Sequence record: SRR31156797_601
Direction: 5' to 3' (one strand)
DNA length: 64,000 nucleotides
Of this stretch, positions 38,644 to 49,050 are shown in pieces. The position numbers were made by a program, and so were the translations under genes. Under the pieces are notes generated by a model. That model saw only the letters and a program-made list of their open reading frames with translations, was not told where the DNA came from and did not search any database. How positions within the stretch are numbered: position 1 is the first letter of the stretch; every line of letters starts with the position of its first letter.

Positions 38644-40332
38644 ATGAAAGATATTATGCTTTTAGATGTGTATCCTGACAAGGGGTACTATAAAGAAAAC
38701 GATGAAATAAATATCTTTTTACAAATAAAAAGTATAAAAGATAAAACAGAAGAAATAAGAATTACTGTTTACAGAAATAATGATGTGATTAATTCACAAA
38801 CTGAAAATATTGCACTTTGTGCTGGCAGCTACGAATACAAGATTAACCTAAAAATGGAACTAGACTTATTATTAGGCTACGGTGTTGAGGTAGAGGCTGA
38901 CGGCAGTATTATGTCTACAGCTTTTGATGTAGTTGAAGCATGGAAAGACAGACCAAGGTATGCATTTTTGAGTGATTTCTATGAGGAAGATGAGCAGGAT
39001 AATGACGATGTGAAATCGCTGCTAAAACATCATATAAATGTTGTGCAATTCTATGACTGGATGTATAAGCATGAGGATTTAATACCAACGACTGACTACT
39101 ATGTAGATTTATTAGATAGGAAGCTGTCCAAAATTGCGGTGGAAAATAAAATTAAGCTATGCAAGCAGTATGGGTTATATCCACAAGCATATGGAGCAAT
39201 ATATGCATCTTCCAGAGAATTCTATGAAAGTCATAAGGAATTAGCACTATACACAAATGATGATAAACCGCAAAACCTTGGTAATTGGTTTTATATTATG
39301 AATATTTCAGAAGAATCTCCGTGGCGTAATCATATAATTAATGAGTTTAAAAAGTCAATAACTGAAATGGGTTTTGCAGGTATTCATATGGATACATACG
39401 GCTTTCCCAAATCAGCATATTCAAAACTAAACGGTATAAAGAAACTGGAAAAGCTAAATGAGCAGTTTCCTAGCATTATAAACGACACGAAAAAGATGCT
39501 GGATGAAACTATAGGTGAAAGCGCATTAACATTTAATGCAGTAAGTAACTGGGCAATAGAGGACGTTGCAAATAGTAACCAGGATGCAATATATATTGAG
39601 GTTTGGGAACCTCAGGATACATATTATCATTTATATCAATTGGTAAATAGAGCACGGGAACTAAGCGGAAAACAGGTGTTATTAGCAGCTTATTTGAAGT
39701 GCTTTTCGAAAAAAGAAAGATATAATGACGAGCAATGCCATGTTTCTTTGCTTCTTGCTAGTGCTACTATATTCGCATGCGGAGGCTACCATTTTGTTAT
39801 TGGTGAAGACGGGGGAGTACTTCCGGATCCTTACTATGTCAACTATGCAAAAGTAAATGATAAATATAAAAGAGATATAAGAAACTATTATGACTTTATT
39901 ACACGGTATGGAGACTTGCTTTTTGATATTAAAGGTAAAGATGAATCGATGACACATGCTAATGGTATTAACACAGAATGCATATTTAACAATGGAGAAT
40001 TTTCATCGTATCCAAAGGTCAATAGGGTATGGACCTTAATAAGAACATTTGATAGATATAAAACAATTAGTTTAGTCAACTACACTGGTATAAAATCTGA
40101 TATATGGAATGAAGGTAAAGCAGATTATCCTGATGAGATATATAATATCGAGATACAAGTACTTATTGATGAAGATGTAAACGGTGTTTATTTGGCATCA
40201 CCAGACTACAATCAGTGTAAAAGTGAAAAGATTGAATATGAATACTGTGATATTGATAGAGGCAGAGCAATAAAATTCAAAATTTCTCAGCTTAAGATTT
40301 GGAACCTGATATATATAGAAATCAATAATTAA
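38644..40332 (+). CDS. GH66 dextranase-like protein, no signal peptide
   Basis: STAFDV...W..RPRYAFLSDF, HIN.VQFYDWMY.H, GIHMDTYG, FNAV, YIEVW, LAAY, YYDF. Confidence 0.88.
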   Translation: MKDIMLLDVYPDKGYYKENDEINIFLQIKSIKDKTEEIRITVYRNNDVINSQTENIALCAGSYEYKINLKMELDLLLGYGVEVEADGSIMSTAFDVVEAWKDRPRYAFLSDFYEEDEQDNDDVKSLLKHHINVVQFYDWMYKHEDLIPTTDYYVDLLDRKLSKIAVENKIKLCKQYGLYPQAYGAIYASSREFYESHKELALYTNDDKPQNLGNWFYIMNISEESPWRNHIINEFKKSITEMGFAGIHMDTYGFPKSAYSKLNGIKKLEKLNEQFPSIINDTKKMLDETIGESALTFNAVSNWAIEDVANSNQDAIYIEVWEPQDTYYHLYQLVNRARELSGKQVLLAAYLKCFSKKERYNDEQCHVSLLLASATIFACGGYHFVIGEDGGVLPDPYYVNYAKVNDKYKRDIRNYYDFITRYGDLLFDIKGKDESMTHANGINTECIFNNGEFSSYPKVNRVWTLIRTFDRYKTISLVNYTGIKSDIWNEGKADYPDEIYNIEIQVLIDEDVNGVYLASPDYNQCKSEKIEYEYCDIDRGRAIKFKISQLKIWNLIYIEINN

Positions 40333-40350
40333 TAAAATTGAATTACTAAT

Positions 40351-40379
40351 ATAAGCACTTGTTAATAGGTGCTTATTTT
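40351..40379 (+). terminator. Stem-loop between the GH66 and GH13 genes
   Basis: ATAAGCAC...GTGCTTAT followed by TTT. Confidence 0.55.
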
Positions 40380-40410
40380 GTAGAACAATTTCGAAGGGAA
40401 TATAATAGTA

Positions 40411-42087
40411 ATGAACAATATAATAGATAAAAACTGGTGGAAAGAAGCTGTTGTATATCAGATTTATCCTAGAAGCTTTATGGACAGCAATGGTGATGGA
40501 ATAGGCGATTTGCAGGGGATTATCAGCAAACTGGATTATCTGAAGGACTTGGGAATAGATGTAGTATGGCTGTCACCATGCTATGAATCACCAAATGATG
40601 ATAATGGCTACGATATCAGTGATTATCAAAAGATAATGCATGAATTTGGTACAATGGATGATTGGGATCAAATGATAGAGGAAATGCATAAGAGGGGCAT
40701 TAAGCTGATTATGGATTTAGTTGTTAATCATACATCAGATGAGCATAGATGGTTTGAGGAGTCACGCAAATCAAGAGATAATCCTTATCGAGATTATTAT
40801 ATCTGGAAAACTGGTAAAAATGGTAAAGAGCCAAATAACTGGACATCATTTTTCGGCGGACCAGCATGGCATTATGATGAAACAACTAGTGAATATTATC
40901 TTCATTTATTTAGTAAAAAACAGCCTGATTTAAATTGGGAAAATGAAAATGTCAGACAAGAAATCTATAAAATGATGAAATGGTGGCTGGATAAAGGTGT
41001 AGATGGATTCAGAATGGATGTAATTAATCTTATTTCAAAAACTTCCAGGCTGCCATCAGTTGGAGACGAGAATGAGTATACATGGGGTGGCGAACATTTT
41101 GTAAATGGTCCTAGAATTCATGAGTTCTTAAAAGAAATGAACAAAGAAGTATTGTCAAAATATCCTGTTATGACTGTTGGTGAAACTGTTGATACAACTG
41201 TTGATGATGCCATTGAATTTACCAGTGAACACAGACATGAACTTAATATGATATTTAGTTTTGATATTGTTGATATTGGCAATGGAAAACATGGCAAGTG
41301 GGATAGAAAAGGCTTGGATATGACTGAGTTTAAGGACGTGGTTGTCAAATGGCAGGAAGGTTTAAAAACAGAGGGGTGGAACAGTTTATTTCTAAATAAT
41401 CACGACCAGCCACGATTGGTATCAAGATTTGGGGATGATAAGAATTACCGTGTAGAAAGTGCAAAGATGTTTGCGACTGTACTGCACTTATTAAAAGGTA
41501 CACCGTATATTTATCAGGGGGAAGAGCTGGGGATGACCAATGTCAGATTTGATTCAATAAATGACTACAGAGACATTGAAACACTTAATATTTACAACGA
41601 GTTTAAGCAAATCGGACTTGGTGAAGATGAAATCATGGGAATGATTTATCGAAACAGCAGAGATAATGCCAGAACTCCAATGCAGTGGAATAAAACCAAT
41701 AATGCAGGGTTTACATCAGGTAAACCGTGGATAGATGTTAATGAAAACTATGTCAGTATAAATGCAGAAGAAGCCGTTAAAGATAGAGATTCAATATTAA
41801 ATTACTACAAAGAATTAATCAGCTTAAGAAAACAATATCCAGTTATTGTGAGTGGCAGTTTTGAAACAATTCAATGTGATGATGAAGCGCTTTTTGTATA
41901 TTCTAGGGGATTTGATAGTGAAAAGATTATTGTAATAGCAAATGGCTCATCAGAGATAGTAGATTTTGCTAATCCTATTGATATTTCAGAATATAAAGTT
42001 ATACTTAACAACTATGGAAATGCTCCTGATTTTGATGGGGCAGTGAACTTAAGACCTTATGAGGTAGTAGTATTATATAGAGCATAG
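40411..42087 (+). CDS. malL: Oligo-1,6-glucosidase (GH13_31-like)
   Basis: WWKEAVVYQIYPRSF, DLVVNHTS, QPDLN, FRMDVIN (nucleophile followed by Val), TVGE, NNHDQPR, RDNARTPMQW. Confidence 0.9.
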   Translation: MNNIIDKNWWKEAVVYQIYPRSFMDSNGDGIGDLQGIISKLDYLKDLGIDVVWLSPCYESPNDDNGYDISDYQKIMHEFGTMDDWDQMIEEMHKRGIKLIMDLVVNHTSDEHRWFEESRKSRDNPYRDYYIWKTGKNGKEPNNWTSFFGGPAWHYDETTSEYYLHLFSKKQPDLNWENENVRQEIYKMMKWWLDKGVDGFRMDVINLISKTSRLPSVGDENEYTWGGEHFVNGPRIHEFLKEMNKEVLSKYPVMTVGETVDTTVDDAIEFTSEHRHELNMIFSFDIVDIGNGKHGKWDRKGLDMTEFKDVVVKWQEGLKTEGWNSLFLNNHDQPRLVSRFGDDKNYRVESAKMFATVLHLLKGTPYIYQGEELGMTNVRFDSINDYRDIETLNIYNEFKQIGLGEDEIMGMIYRNSRDNARTPMQWNKTNNAGFTSGKPWIDVNENYVSINAEEAVKDRDSILNYYKELISLRKQYPVIVSGSFETIQCDDEALFVYSRGFDSEKIIVIANGSSEIVDFANPIDISEYKVILNNYGNAPDFDGAVNLRPYEVVVLYRA

Positions 42088-42293
42088 TGCTTGGATTAGT
42101 AATAATATTCTTGACTAGAATATGCATTTTCACGTAATCGTAATTTTTTAGATTATTATAAGAGATATTTTTTTTTATAGCAGATTATGGTAGAATGATT
42201 ATAACGTTGTAGCAAAAGTTTAGTAGCTGATCAGCATTCATATTTGGCTTAATCTTTTTGTGATTAATATCATATCTTAAGGAGAGATTAATA

Positions 42294-42992
42294 ATGGAAG
42301 AAAGAAATAATCTTGTAACTTTACGTTTAATACTTGTTGTAATTGCAATCATTTGTATTGGAGTTTATTGGTGGGCACGAATGAATGAAAACCTCTCAGT
42401 TGTAGCAGTTGTTCAGCCAGCTATTACTATCTTATGTATCATAACTGCACTTCTATCATTAAGAGGGGAAAATCCTCAGCCAGCTCTGACAATTTGGATT
42501 GCAATTGGTCTGGGTATTGCGCTTTTAGGTGATTTTTTAAACCTTGATATGGGGAATCCTTTTGTTGTTATTAGAGGACTAATCATCTTTGTTATTGCGT
42601 ATCTTACTTATGCAATTGGCTTTACAATCATCAATGGATTTCATCGTCAAGATATTTATGTAGGAATAGTAGCTTTAGTTGCATACGGCGGCTTGATGTA
42701 TTATCTTTCTGATTTCTTAGGAGATATGATGATTCCTGGACTAATATATGGATTGGTTCTACCATTTTTGGTAACAAGAGCCGTTTCTACATTCTTTGGT
42801 AAAAAGTTTTCCAAAACACAGGCGATTCTTTTAACAATAGGTACAGGTATGGTTTATCTTGGTGACGTTGAATTTGCTCTGCATACCTATGCAAAAGTAG
42901 TACCCATGATTTTAGGTCCGATTCTTTATGCAGGCGGACAGTTGATTATCTCATTGAGCCCGTCATTTGGAAAAAAGATATCAGATAAATAA
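42294..42992 (+). CDS. YhhN/lysoplasmalogenase-like integral membrane protein
   Basis: About 8 TM helices; GL..ALLGDFL, GL..F..AYL.Y, G......GD, Y.GGQ..I. Confidence 0.7.
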   Translation: MEERNNLVTLRLILVVIAIICIGVYWWARMNENLSVVAVVQPAITILCIITALLSLRGENPQPALTIWIAIGLGIALLGDFLNLDMGNPFVVIRGLIIFVIAYLTYAIGFTIINGFHRQDIYVGIVALVAYGGLMYYLSDFLGDMMIPGLIYGLVLPFLVTRAVSTFFGKKFSKTQAILLTIGTGMVYLGDVEFALHTYAKVVPMILGPILYAGGQLIISLSPSFGKKISDK

Positions 42993-43273
42993 TATTATCA
43001 GTTATTAAGAGTCAATGGTCTTTGTAGTATAGTCTATTGTTATGAATGCAAATATATCGTATGAGAGATTCTGCCTTTATTACAATAGTAATCGTTACTG
43101 GGCGTTATATGGCATATTTTTTTATCTGTCGTAATAACCTAGTTATACAATAAACTGTTTGACAATCTAATAAGTTCTATTCTATGTGTTAAGTACTTTA
43201 TTTCGCAGATAGGCATACTTCCTAGCAAAAAGCCTTCCGATAGTGAGACTTACTAGTGCAGGTATACCAATAA

Positions 43274-43735
43274 TTATAGCTGCTTCAATATCTTAATACT
43301 ATTTATAACATGATTGCGTACTGATATACCAATTATTACATAATTAATAAAAGCAGCTAGTAACACAATAGGTATTGCTGAAAGTGGCATACCAAATAAT
43401 AGACATAGAAGGATGAAAATGATACAAATTATGGGATGAAATATTCTCGTTAATTTGTTGACCTCTATTACACCTTTAATAATTGTAGATTTACCATCTG
43501 TAGTTACTTCACCTATAATGTTAGGCTTTACTGAACGCTTTGAAAATGTAAAACTTATAGGTTTTAGATTGAAACTATTTCCATAAATATCTCCTCGAAA
43601 ATGTTTGCCGGAATTACTTAATCTGAATTTCATGAAATCTTCTGAACTAATTGTCATTTCGTATAATTTTTTTATAACTTCTTCTTTCGTTCTTTTAGTC
43701 TCAATCGTAAATTCTTCGCATGGAAAAATATTCAT
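43274..43735 (-). CDS. Hypothetical membrane protein (soluble N-terminus plus two C-terminal TM helices)
   Basis: 153-aa ORF with a GAGGT RBS; no family recognised. Confidence 0.65.
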   Translation of the reverse strand: MNIFPCEEFTIETKRTKEEVIKKLYEMTISSEDFMKFRLSNSGKHFRGDIYGNSFNLKPISFTFSKRSVKPNIIGEVTTDGKSTIIKGVIEVNKLTRIFHPIICIIFILLCLLFGMPLSAIPIVLLAAFINYVIIGISVRNHVINSIKILKQL

Positions 43736-43927
43736 ACTTACCTCTATTTATGTTTATATACAAATGATATCATAAATGTAATCAATGAACAAATAGTAAT
43801 GAGCTGTATAAATATAAAAACTACCTAATAACCATAATATAGTACATTTAACCAAACAAACTCAAGGATAGTTAGACATATTAAATGATAAATTTCATAA
43901 AAATATAGTAATATAGTAATTTTTGTA

Positions 43928-43971
43928 TTGACAAGTATAGTATTGGTGTGTAAAATGACAACGTAGGACAT
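43928..43971 (+). promoter_or_regulatory. Sigma-A promoter with an overlapping LacI-type operator
   Basis: TTGACA 43928-43933, 17-bp spacer, TAAAAT 43951-43956; AAATGACAACGTAGGACAT at 43953-43971 matches the site at 45012. Confidence 0.7.
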
Positions 43972-43992
43972 AGAGACAGGAGGGAATTCATC

Positions 43993-44994
43993 TTGAAAGA
44001 TATAACTATGAAGGATATAGCCCAAATGTGTAATGTTTCTACGAAAACAGTTTCACGCGTAATTAACGGCAGTAATGAAGTAAAACCTGAAACAAAAGAA
44101 AAAATAGAGAAAGTAATGCAGGAATATGGATATCAGGCAAATCTTTTGGCTAGAGGGTTAAGGAACAAGAAGACCAATACGATTATTGTTTTTATTGATA
44201 ACCATAAGGAAAGATACTGGGGTATGTGGCATACAAAAATGCTTTCCAGTTTGTTCAAAGAGGCTAAGAAAAAGGGCTTTAAGATTGTTGTTACCCCATC
44301 CAGTGCAACAGGTCATCTAGATGATGAAACAGATGGATTTCATTTGTTAGCCAGTAAGATGGCAGATGGTGCAATTTTGCTGGATAATGCTACCCACGAT
44401 ATTCGATTCGATTTTTTAAATAAACGTAAGATACCATATGTTCTTGTAGGGCAAGTGGACAATAAAGACATAACATGGGTTGATGCCGACAACTATGGAA
44501 TAGGAAAAGTCGGATGTGAGTATCTTGTTAATAAGGGGTACAAGAAAATATGTCTGCTGTTGGGTCAGCAGCAATATCACGTTAATGAACTCAGAGCACA
44601 GGGGTTTGAAGACGTTGCAAAAGTAAAAAATATTGATTACAGAATATATTATAATGCAGACAGCATGGAAGTCGTACACGATACACTTATAAAGGTAAGA
44701 GATGAGTTTGACTATGATGCTTTGTATATATCTGGTTCAGAAAGAGCCGTTGGTGCATACAGAGCACTAAATGAAATGAATTTGAAGATACCTGATGATG
44801 TTGCAGTGCTTGGAATAGATAATTTATCAATTTGTAGGTATTTATATCCAGCGATGAGTGTTGTGGATCAGCACTGCGATATATTCACTAAGCATATTAT
44901 TGAGAAATTGGATAAATTGATTAAAGGCGGAGATATAACTGGTGAAAATCATGTATTGGTTGAAAACACAATTTGGGAGAGAGAATCAACATAA
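43993..44994 (+). CDS. LacI-family transcriptional repressor
   Basis: TMKDIAQMCNVSTKTVSRVIN, ANLLARGL, IPDDVAVLGID. Confidence 0.95.
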   Translation: MKDITMKDIAQMCNVSTKTVSRVINGSNEVKPETKEKIEKVMQEYGYQANLLARGLRNKKTNTIIVFIDNHKERYWGMWHTKMLSSLFKEAKKKGFKIVVTPSSATGHLDDETDGFHLLASKMADGAILLDNATHDIRFDFLNKRKIPYVLVGQVDNKDITWVDADNYGIGKVGCEYLVNKGYKKICLLLGQQQYHVNELRAQGFEDVAKVKNIDYRIYYNADSMEVVHDTLIKVRDEFDYDALYISGSERAVGAYRALNEMNLKIPDDVAVLGIDNLSICRYLYPAMSVVDQHCDIFTKHIIEKLDKLIKGGDITGENHVLVENTIWEREST

Positions 44995-45011
44995 GATGTT
45001 TTTTTATCATA

Positions 45012-45032
45012 AAATGTCAACGTCGGACATTT
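45012..45032. promoter_or_regulatory. LacI-type operator upstream of the phosphorylase gene
   Basis: Imperfect palindrome AAATGTC-AACGTCG-GACATTT; a second copy lies at 43953. Confidence 0.7.
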
Positions 45033-45060
45033 ACAAGATATGCAATAAAGGATATATTGA

Positions 45061-46728
45061 ATGGAAAATAATGAAGTAATATTGTATATGCTTACTGAGC
45101 TTTATGGGGATAAGTCATTAAGTGTATATAAAAAAATACAAGAGTTAGTAAAGAGATATTCTGGAATAAAAAATGAAAAGGTCAAATGGGTAGACGAGAA
45201 GGATGTCATGATAATAACCTATGCAGACAGTATCATATCAAGTGATGCGTCAGGCATAAAGAACCTTTCTCAATTATTTGCTAAATATATAAAGAAAAGC
45301 GTTTCAGCAATTCATCTGCTTCCGTTCTTTGAATACTCATCTGATGACGGGTTCTCTGTAATTGATTATAAGAAGCCTCACAGCAAGGCAGGCACATGGG
45401 ATGAGATAGATGAACTATCTGATAACTACGATTTGATGTTTGATGCCGTAATAAACCATATATCAAGGCAAAGTGAATGGTTTCAGGGATACTTAGCAGG
45501 TAATGAAATTTACCAGAATTACTTCATTGAATGTGACCCTGGTTTAGATTATTCATCTGTAACCAGACCAAGAGCACTTCCTCTTTTGACAGAGGTAGAA
45601 ACAAAAAGTGGTAAAAAACATGTATGGACGACATTCAGTGATGACCAGATTGATTTGAACTATGAAAATCCAGACGTACTGATAGATATACTTGATGTTC
45701 TGCTGTATTATGTGAAACACGGAGCTATGTATCTAAGGCTGGACGCAATAGGATTCTTGTGGAAAGAGATCGGCACTAGTTGTATGCATCATGAAAAAAC
45801 ACATCTGTGTATAAGACTGATGAGAAAAGTAATTGAGCAGCTAAACAAATCTGTTGTAATAATAACAGAGACTAATACACCGCATGAAGAAAATATTAGC
45901 TATTTCGGCAGTAAATACGATGAAGCGCATATGGTTTATCAGTTTCCGCTCCCCCCATTAACTGCTCATGCTTTTCTTTCAGGTGATAGCACAACGCTGC
46001 TGAAATGGTGCGAGAGTCTAGGACATATAGATGAGAAGGCAACTTACTTTAACTTCCTTGCATCCCATGACGGCATAGGCTTAAGACCTATTGAGGGAAT
46101 ATTAGACAATAATGAAATAGACATGATAGTAGAATCTGTTATTAATCACGGCGGACGTGTATCATATAGAAATATGCCTGACGGCAGAAAAAAACCATAC
46201 GAATTAAATATTTCGTATCTGAGTTTAGTCAGTGATAAAGATGATAGTAATGATATAAAGGCAAAAAAGTTCATGGCTTCTCAAGCAGTTCTGTTGTCTG
46301 TGGTAGGCATACCGGGAATATATATACATAGCCTTTTAGGCAGTGAAAATGATATTGAAGGTATGCTCACTTCAGGCATAAACAGAAGGATAAATAGAGA
46401 GAAACTGGATAAAGACACCCTGTTTGATGAGCTTAATGACAAAAATTCTTTAAGAGCTAAGGTGCTTGGTAAATACATAAAATTGCTGAATATTAGAAAG
46501 ACGAACAGTGCATTTTCACCTAGTTCTAGGCAGATTAGTGAATATATTGACCAAAGGGTATTTGCTATAACTAGAGTTAATGAGAAGACTAAAGAAAAAA
46601 TTAGGGTAAGAATAAATATTTCTAATGACAATGTAGAGATTCATGATATTGGAAGGGATATAATATCTGGTCAAAATATAAAAGATGATTACATAATGAA
46701 ATCATATGAGGTTTTGTGGGTAGAATAA
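45061..46728 (+). CDS. ycjM: GH13_18 phosphorylase, most likely glucosylglycerate phosphorylase (YcjM-type)
   Basis: SSDDGFSVIDY, V.RPRALPLLT, WTTFS.DQIDLN, RLDAIGFLWK, ITETN, LASHDGIG, KPYELN. Confidence 0.82.
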   Translation: MENNEVILYMLTELYGDKSLSVYKKIQELVKRYSGIKNEKVKWVDEKDVMIITYADSIISSDASGIKNLSQLFAKYIKKSVSAIHLLPFFEYSSDDGFSVIDYKKPHSKAGTWDEIDELSDNYDLMFDAVINHISRQSEWFQGYLAGNEIYQNYFIECDPGLDYSSVTRPRALPLLTEVETKSGKKHVWTTFSDDQIDLNYENPDVLIDILDVLLYYVKHGAMYLRLDAIGFLWKEIGTSCMHHEKTHLCIRLMRKVIEQLNKSVVIITETNTPHEENISYFGSKYDEAHMVYQFPLPPLTAHAFLSGDSTTLLKWCESLGHIDEKATYFNFLASHDGIGLRPIEGILDNNEIDMIVESVINHGGRVSYRNMPDGRKKPYELNISYLSLVSDKDDSNDIKAKKFMASQAVLLSVVGIPGIYIHSLLGSENDIEGMLTSGINRRINREKLDKDTLFDELNDKNSLRAKVLGKYIKLLNIRKTNSAFSPSSRQISEYIDQRVFAITRVNEKTKEKIRVRINISNDNVEIHDIGRDIISGQNIKDDYIMKSYEVLWVE

Positions 46729-46785
46729 ATTTGGTCTAAAGGATTAAAAATCCTTAATATATAGGCATATTTAAGAGGAGGAAAA

Positions 46786-48096
46786 ATGAAAAAACTGACT
46801 TTAATTATTTTGGTTGTAACTTTGTTTGCAACAATGACACTTGGCTGTCAGCAGGAAGTAGCTGAGACTGAAGTGGCTGAACCAGAAGCAACTGAGGCAC
46901 CAGCAGAAACTGAAGCACCTGCAGAAGAACCTTCAGAACCTGTAACTATTAAAGTAACATCAGGACTATGGTCAAAACCAGAAGAACAACAATACGTAAG
47001 GGAAGAAGCTCTTACAGCTTTTGAAGAAGAAACAGGTATTACTGTAGAACTAGAAGTTGTAGAGAACATTCAGGACATGATGGAATCTCAAAAAGCATCA
47101 GGCGAATGGACTTCAGACGTAGTTATTACTCATAGTGGTGATATGACAAAGTATATCTCAAACGGTTATGTTCAAAGCTTAAACAGCGTACTTGAAGGCA
47201 TGGATATTACTATACTCCCAGCATTCAATGAATCAACAAGTGCAGACGGCGAAACATATTATATCCCAATTTCAGCAGACGTTTATCTGGTAATTGCAAA
47301 TACTAAGGCATTAGACTATTTACCAGAAGGTGTTGATCTGAACTCTATTACATGGGAACAATACAAAGATTGGGCTATTGCAATGGCAGAAGGCGAAGGA
47401 ACAGCAAAAACAACTATGCCTGCAATGACAGTAAAATCTATGTGCTATCAAGTCGGCGGTATGGGATTATCATACGGTGCAGACTTTGCAGAAATCGACT
47501 CAGACGCAATGAAGGAAGTATGGGGACTAGTAGGCGAAATGATAGCAGCAGATGCTATTGTTGAAACATCATTCTCATATGGTGACCCAGCTGACTTGAT
47601 GAAAGCTGAAGAAGCTTGGTTATCATTCTATCACATGGGACCGGTTGGTCAGATTTATGCATCAGCACCAGCTCAATTTACAATTGCACCAGCTCCAGCA
47701 GGTCCAGAAGGCAACGGCTCAATAGCAGGCGCTTGGGGTATGGGTATTACAGCAGGAACAGAAAACCTAGAAGCAGCACAAGCATTTATCGAGTACATGG
47801 CAGATCCTGACATACTATACAAAGTTACTCAAGGTATCGGCGGAACAATTCCTCCAGTACAAGAGGTTGTAGATGTATTAGGTTCAGAGCCAGCAGACGA
47901 AGTTGTTAAAATGGGTCTGATTACTCTTGAAGCAGGTATTCCACACGGTGTACCATCAGCAGACTATACTGACTGGAGTGCAGTAAAGACTGTTTATGAC
48001 GAAACTTTCCAAAAACTATGGGACGACAGCGGTGTAGTGGATAATGATTTCTTAGCAGAACAACAAGCTGCTCTTGAAGCATTATTAGTAGAATAA
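46786..48096 (+). CDS. CUT1 ABC substrate-binding lipoprotein
   Basis: Lipobox TLGC, acidic Ala/Glu/Pro linker, YYIPISADVY, PAPAGP, GSIAGAWG. Confidence 0.9.
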   Translation: MKKLTLIILVVTLFATMTLGCQQEVAETEVAEPEATEAPAETEAPAEEPSEPVTIKVTSGLWSKPEEQQYVREEALTAFEEETGITVELEVVENIQDMMESQKASGEWTSDVVITHSGDMTKYISNGYVQSLNSVLEGMDITILPAFNESTSADGETYYIPISADVYLVIANTKALDYLPEGVDLNSITWEQYKDWAIAMAEGEGTAKTTMPAMTVKSMCYQVGGMGLSYGADFAEIDSDAMKEVWGLVGEMIAADAIVETSFSYGDPADLMKAEEAWLSFYHMGPVGQIYASAPAQFTIAPAPAGPEGNGSIAGAWGMGITAGTENLEAAQAFIEYMADPDILYKVTQGIGGTIPPVQEVVDVLGSEPADEVVKMGLITLEAGIPHGVPSADYTDWSAVKTVYDETFQKLWDDSGVVDNDFLAEQQAALEALLVE

Positions 48097-48106
48097 TAAT
48101 ACACAC

Positions 48107-48138
48107 AAAAGAGAGCATACCTTAATGCTCTCTTTTTT
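48107..48138 (+). terminator. Stem-loop after the SBP gene
   Basis: AAAAGAGAGCAT...ATGCTCTCTTTT inverted repeat. Confidence 0.7.
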
Positions 48139-48185
48139 ACTTAGTGGAGTTTTGTACTTCGCACATAAAGAAGAATGAGGTGTTT

Positions 48186-49046
48186 ATGAAAAAATTTGTA
48201 AAAAAATGGTTTCCATATCTCTTGCTTACACCTGCATTAATATATTATATTTTGTTTTGGATTCGTCCAGTAATAAAAGCCTTCGCTGAAAGCTTTACCG
48301 ATTTAGACGGGAAATTTTCTCTTGTTAATTATATCGATATTATTAAAGATCCTGTTTTTAAGGAAGCTCTGGTAAACTCTATTGGATTTGCAGCAGTTTC
48401 TGTAATTTTACAGTTTATATTTGCATTTATGCTAGCGCTATTACTTAATAAGAAATTCAAAGGGGTAAACCTACTACTGTTTATTGCTTTGATTCCAATG
48501 GCTGTACCGCCAACTGCTGTTGCAGTGTTGTGGAAAACAGGATTTTCTTCATTTGGATGGGTAAATAACCTACTGTACAGAATGGATATTATTACAGAAC
48601 CAATCAAATGGCTGACCGTGGAAGGTGCCAATGCACTGGGATTCTTGGTATTGATAGATACATGGACGGTACTGCCCAGCGTAATGATAATATTATTAGC
48701 AGGACTTCAGAACCTTAATAAAGAATATGAAGAAGCGGCTTGCGTATTTGGTGCAAGCAGATGGCAGGTGATAAAGGATGTTACAATTCCTATTTTAAAG
48801 CCTACAATTGTAACAGCAATAATTCTGCGTATGATAGCTGCAATACAGGTATGGATGATATCTGTAATGATGTTTGGCTACGGCAGAGTTCCTTTCCTTG
48901 TAGAAAGAATTGCTTATTACACGGATGTAGTTTCAGAAATCGATACAAGCTACAAGACTTCGTTAGCATATTCAGTATTGGTTACAGTGATTGTTTTAAT
49001 CTCTGCAACACTGTATCTGAGAGTTAATAACAGGAAAGGAAATTAA
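48186..49046 (+). CDS. CUT1 ABC permease (MalF-type)
   Basis: PYLLLTPA, IPMAVPP, LAGLQ, EEAACVFGA. Start moved to ATG 48186. Confidence 0.9.
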   Translation: MKKFVKKWFPYLLLTPALIYYILFWIRPVIKAFAESFTDLDGKFSLVNYIDIIKDPVFKEALVNSIGFAAVSVILQFIFAFMLALLLNKKFKGVNLLLFIALIPMAVPPTAVAVLWKTGFSSFGWVNNLLYRMDIITEPIKWLTVEGANALGFLVLIDTWTVLPSVMIILLAGLQNLNKEYEEAACVFGASRWQVIKDVTIPILKPTIVTAIILRMIAAIQVWMISVMMFGYGRVPFLVERIAYYTDVVSEIDTSYKTSLAYSVLVTVIVLISATLYLRVNNRKGN

Positions 49047-49050
49047 TGAT

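Noticed and set aside
42993-43273. Intergenic stretch between convergent membrane-protein genes as a pseudogene or ncRNA
   Set aside because: Only short open frames with no recognisable similarity or stable structure.
43825-44025. 66-aa - strand ORF
   Set aside because: It overlaps the lacI promoter, operator and start codon, so it is probably spurious.
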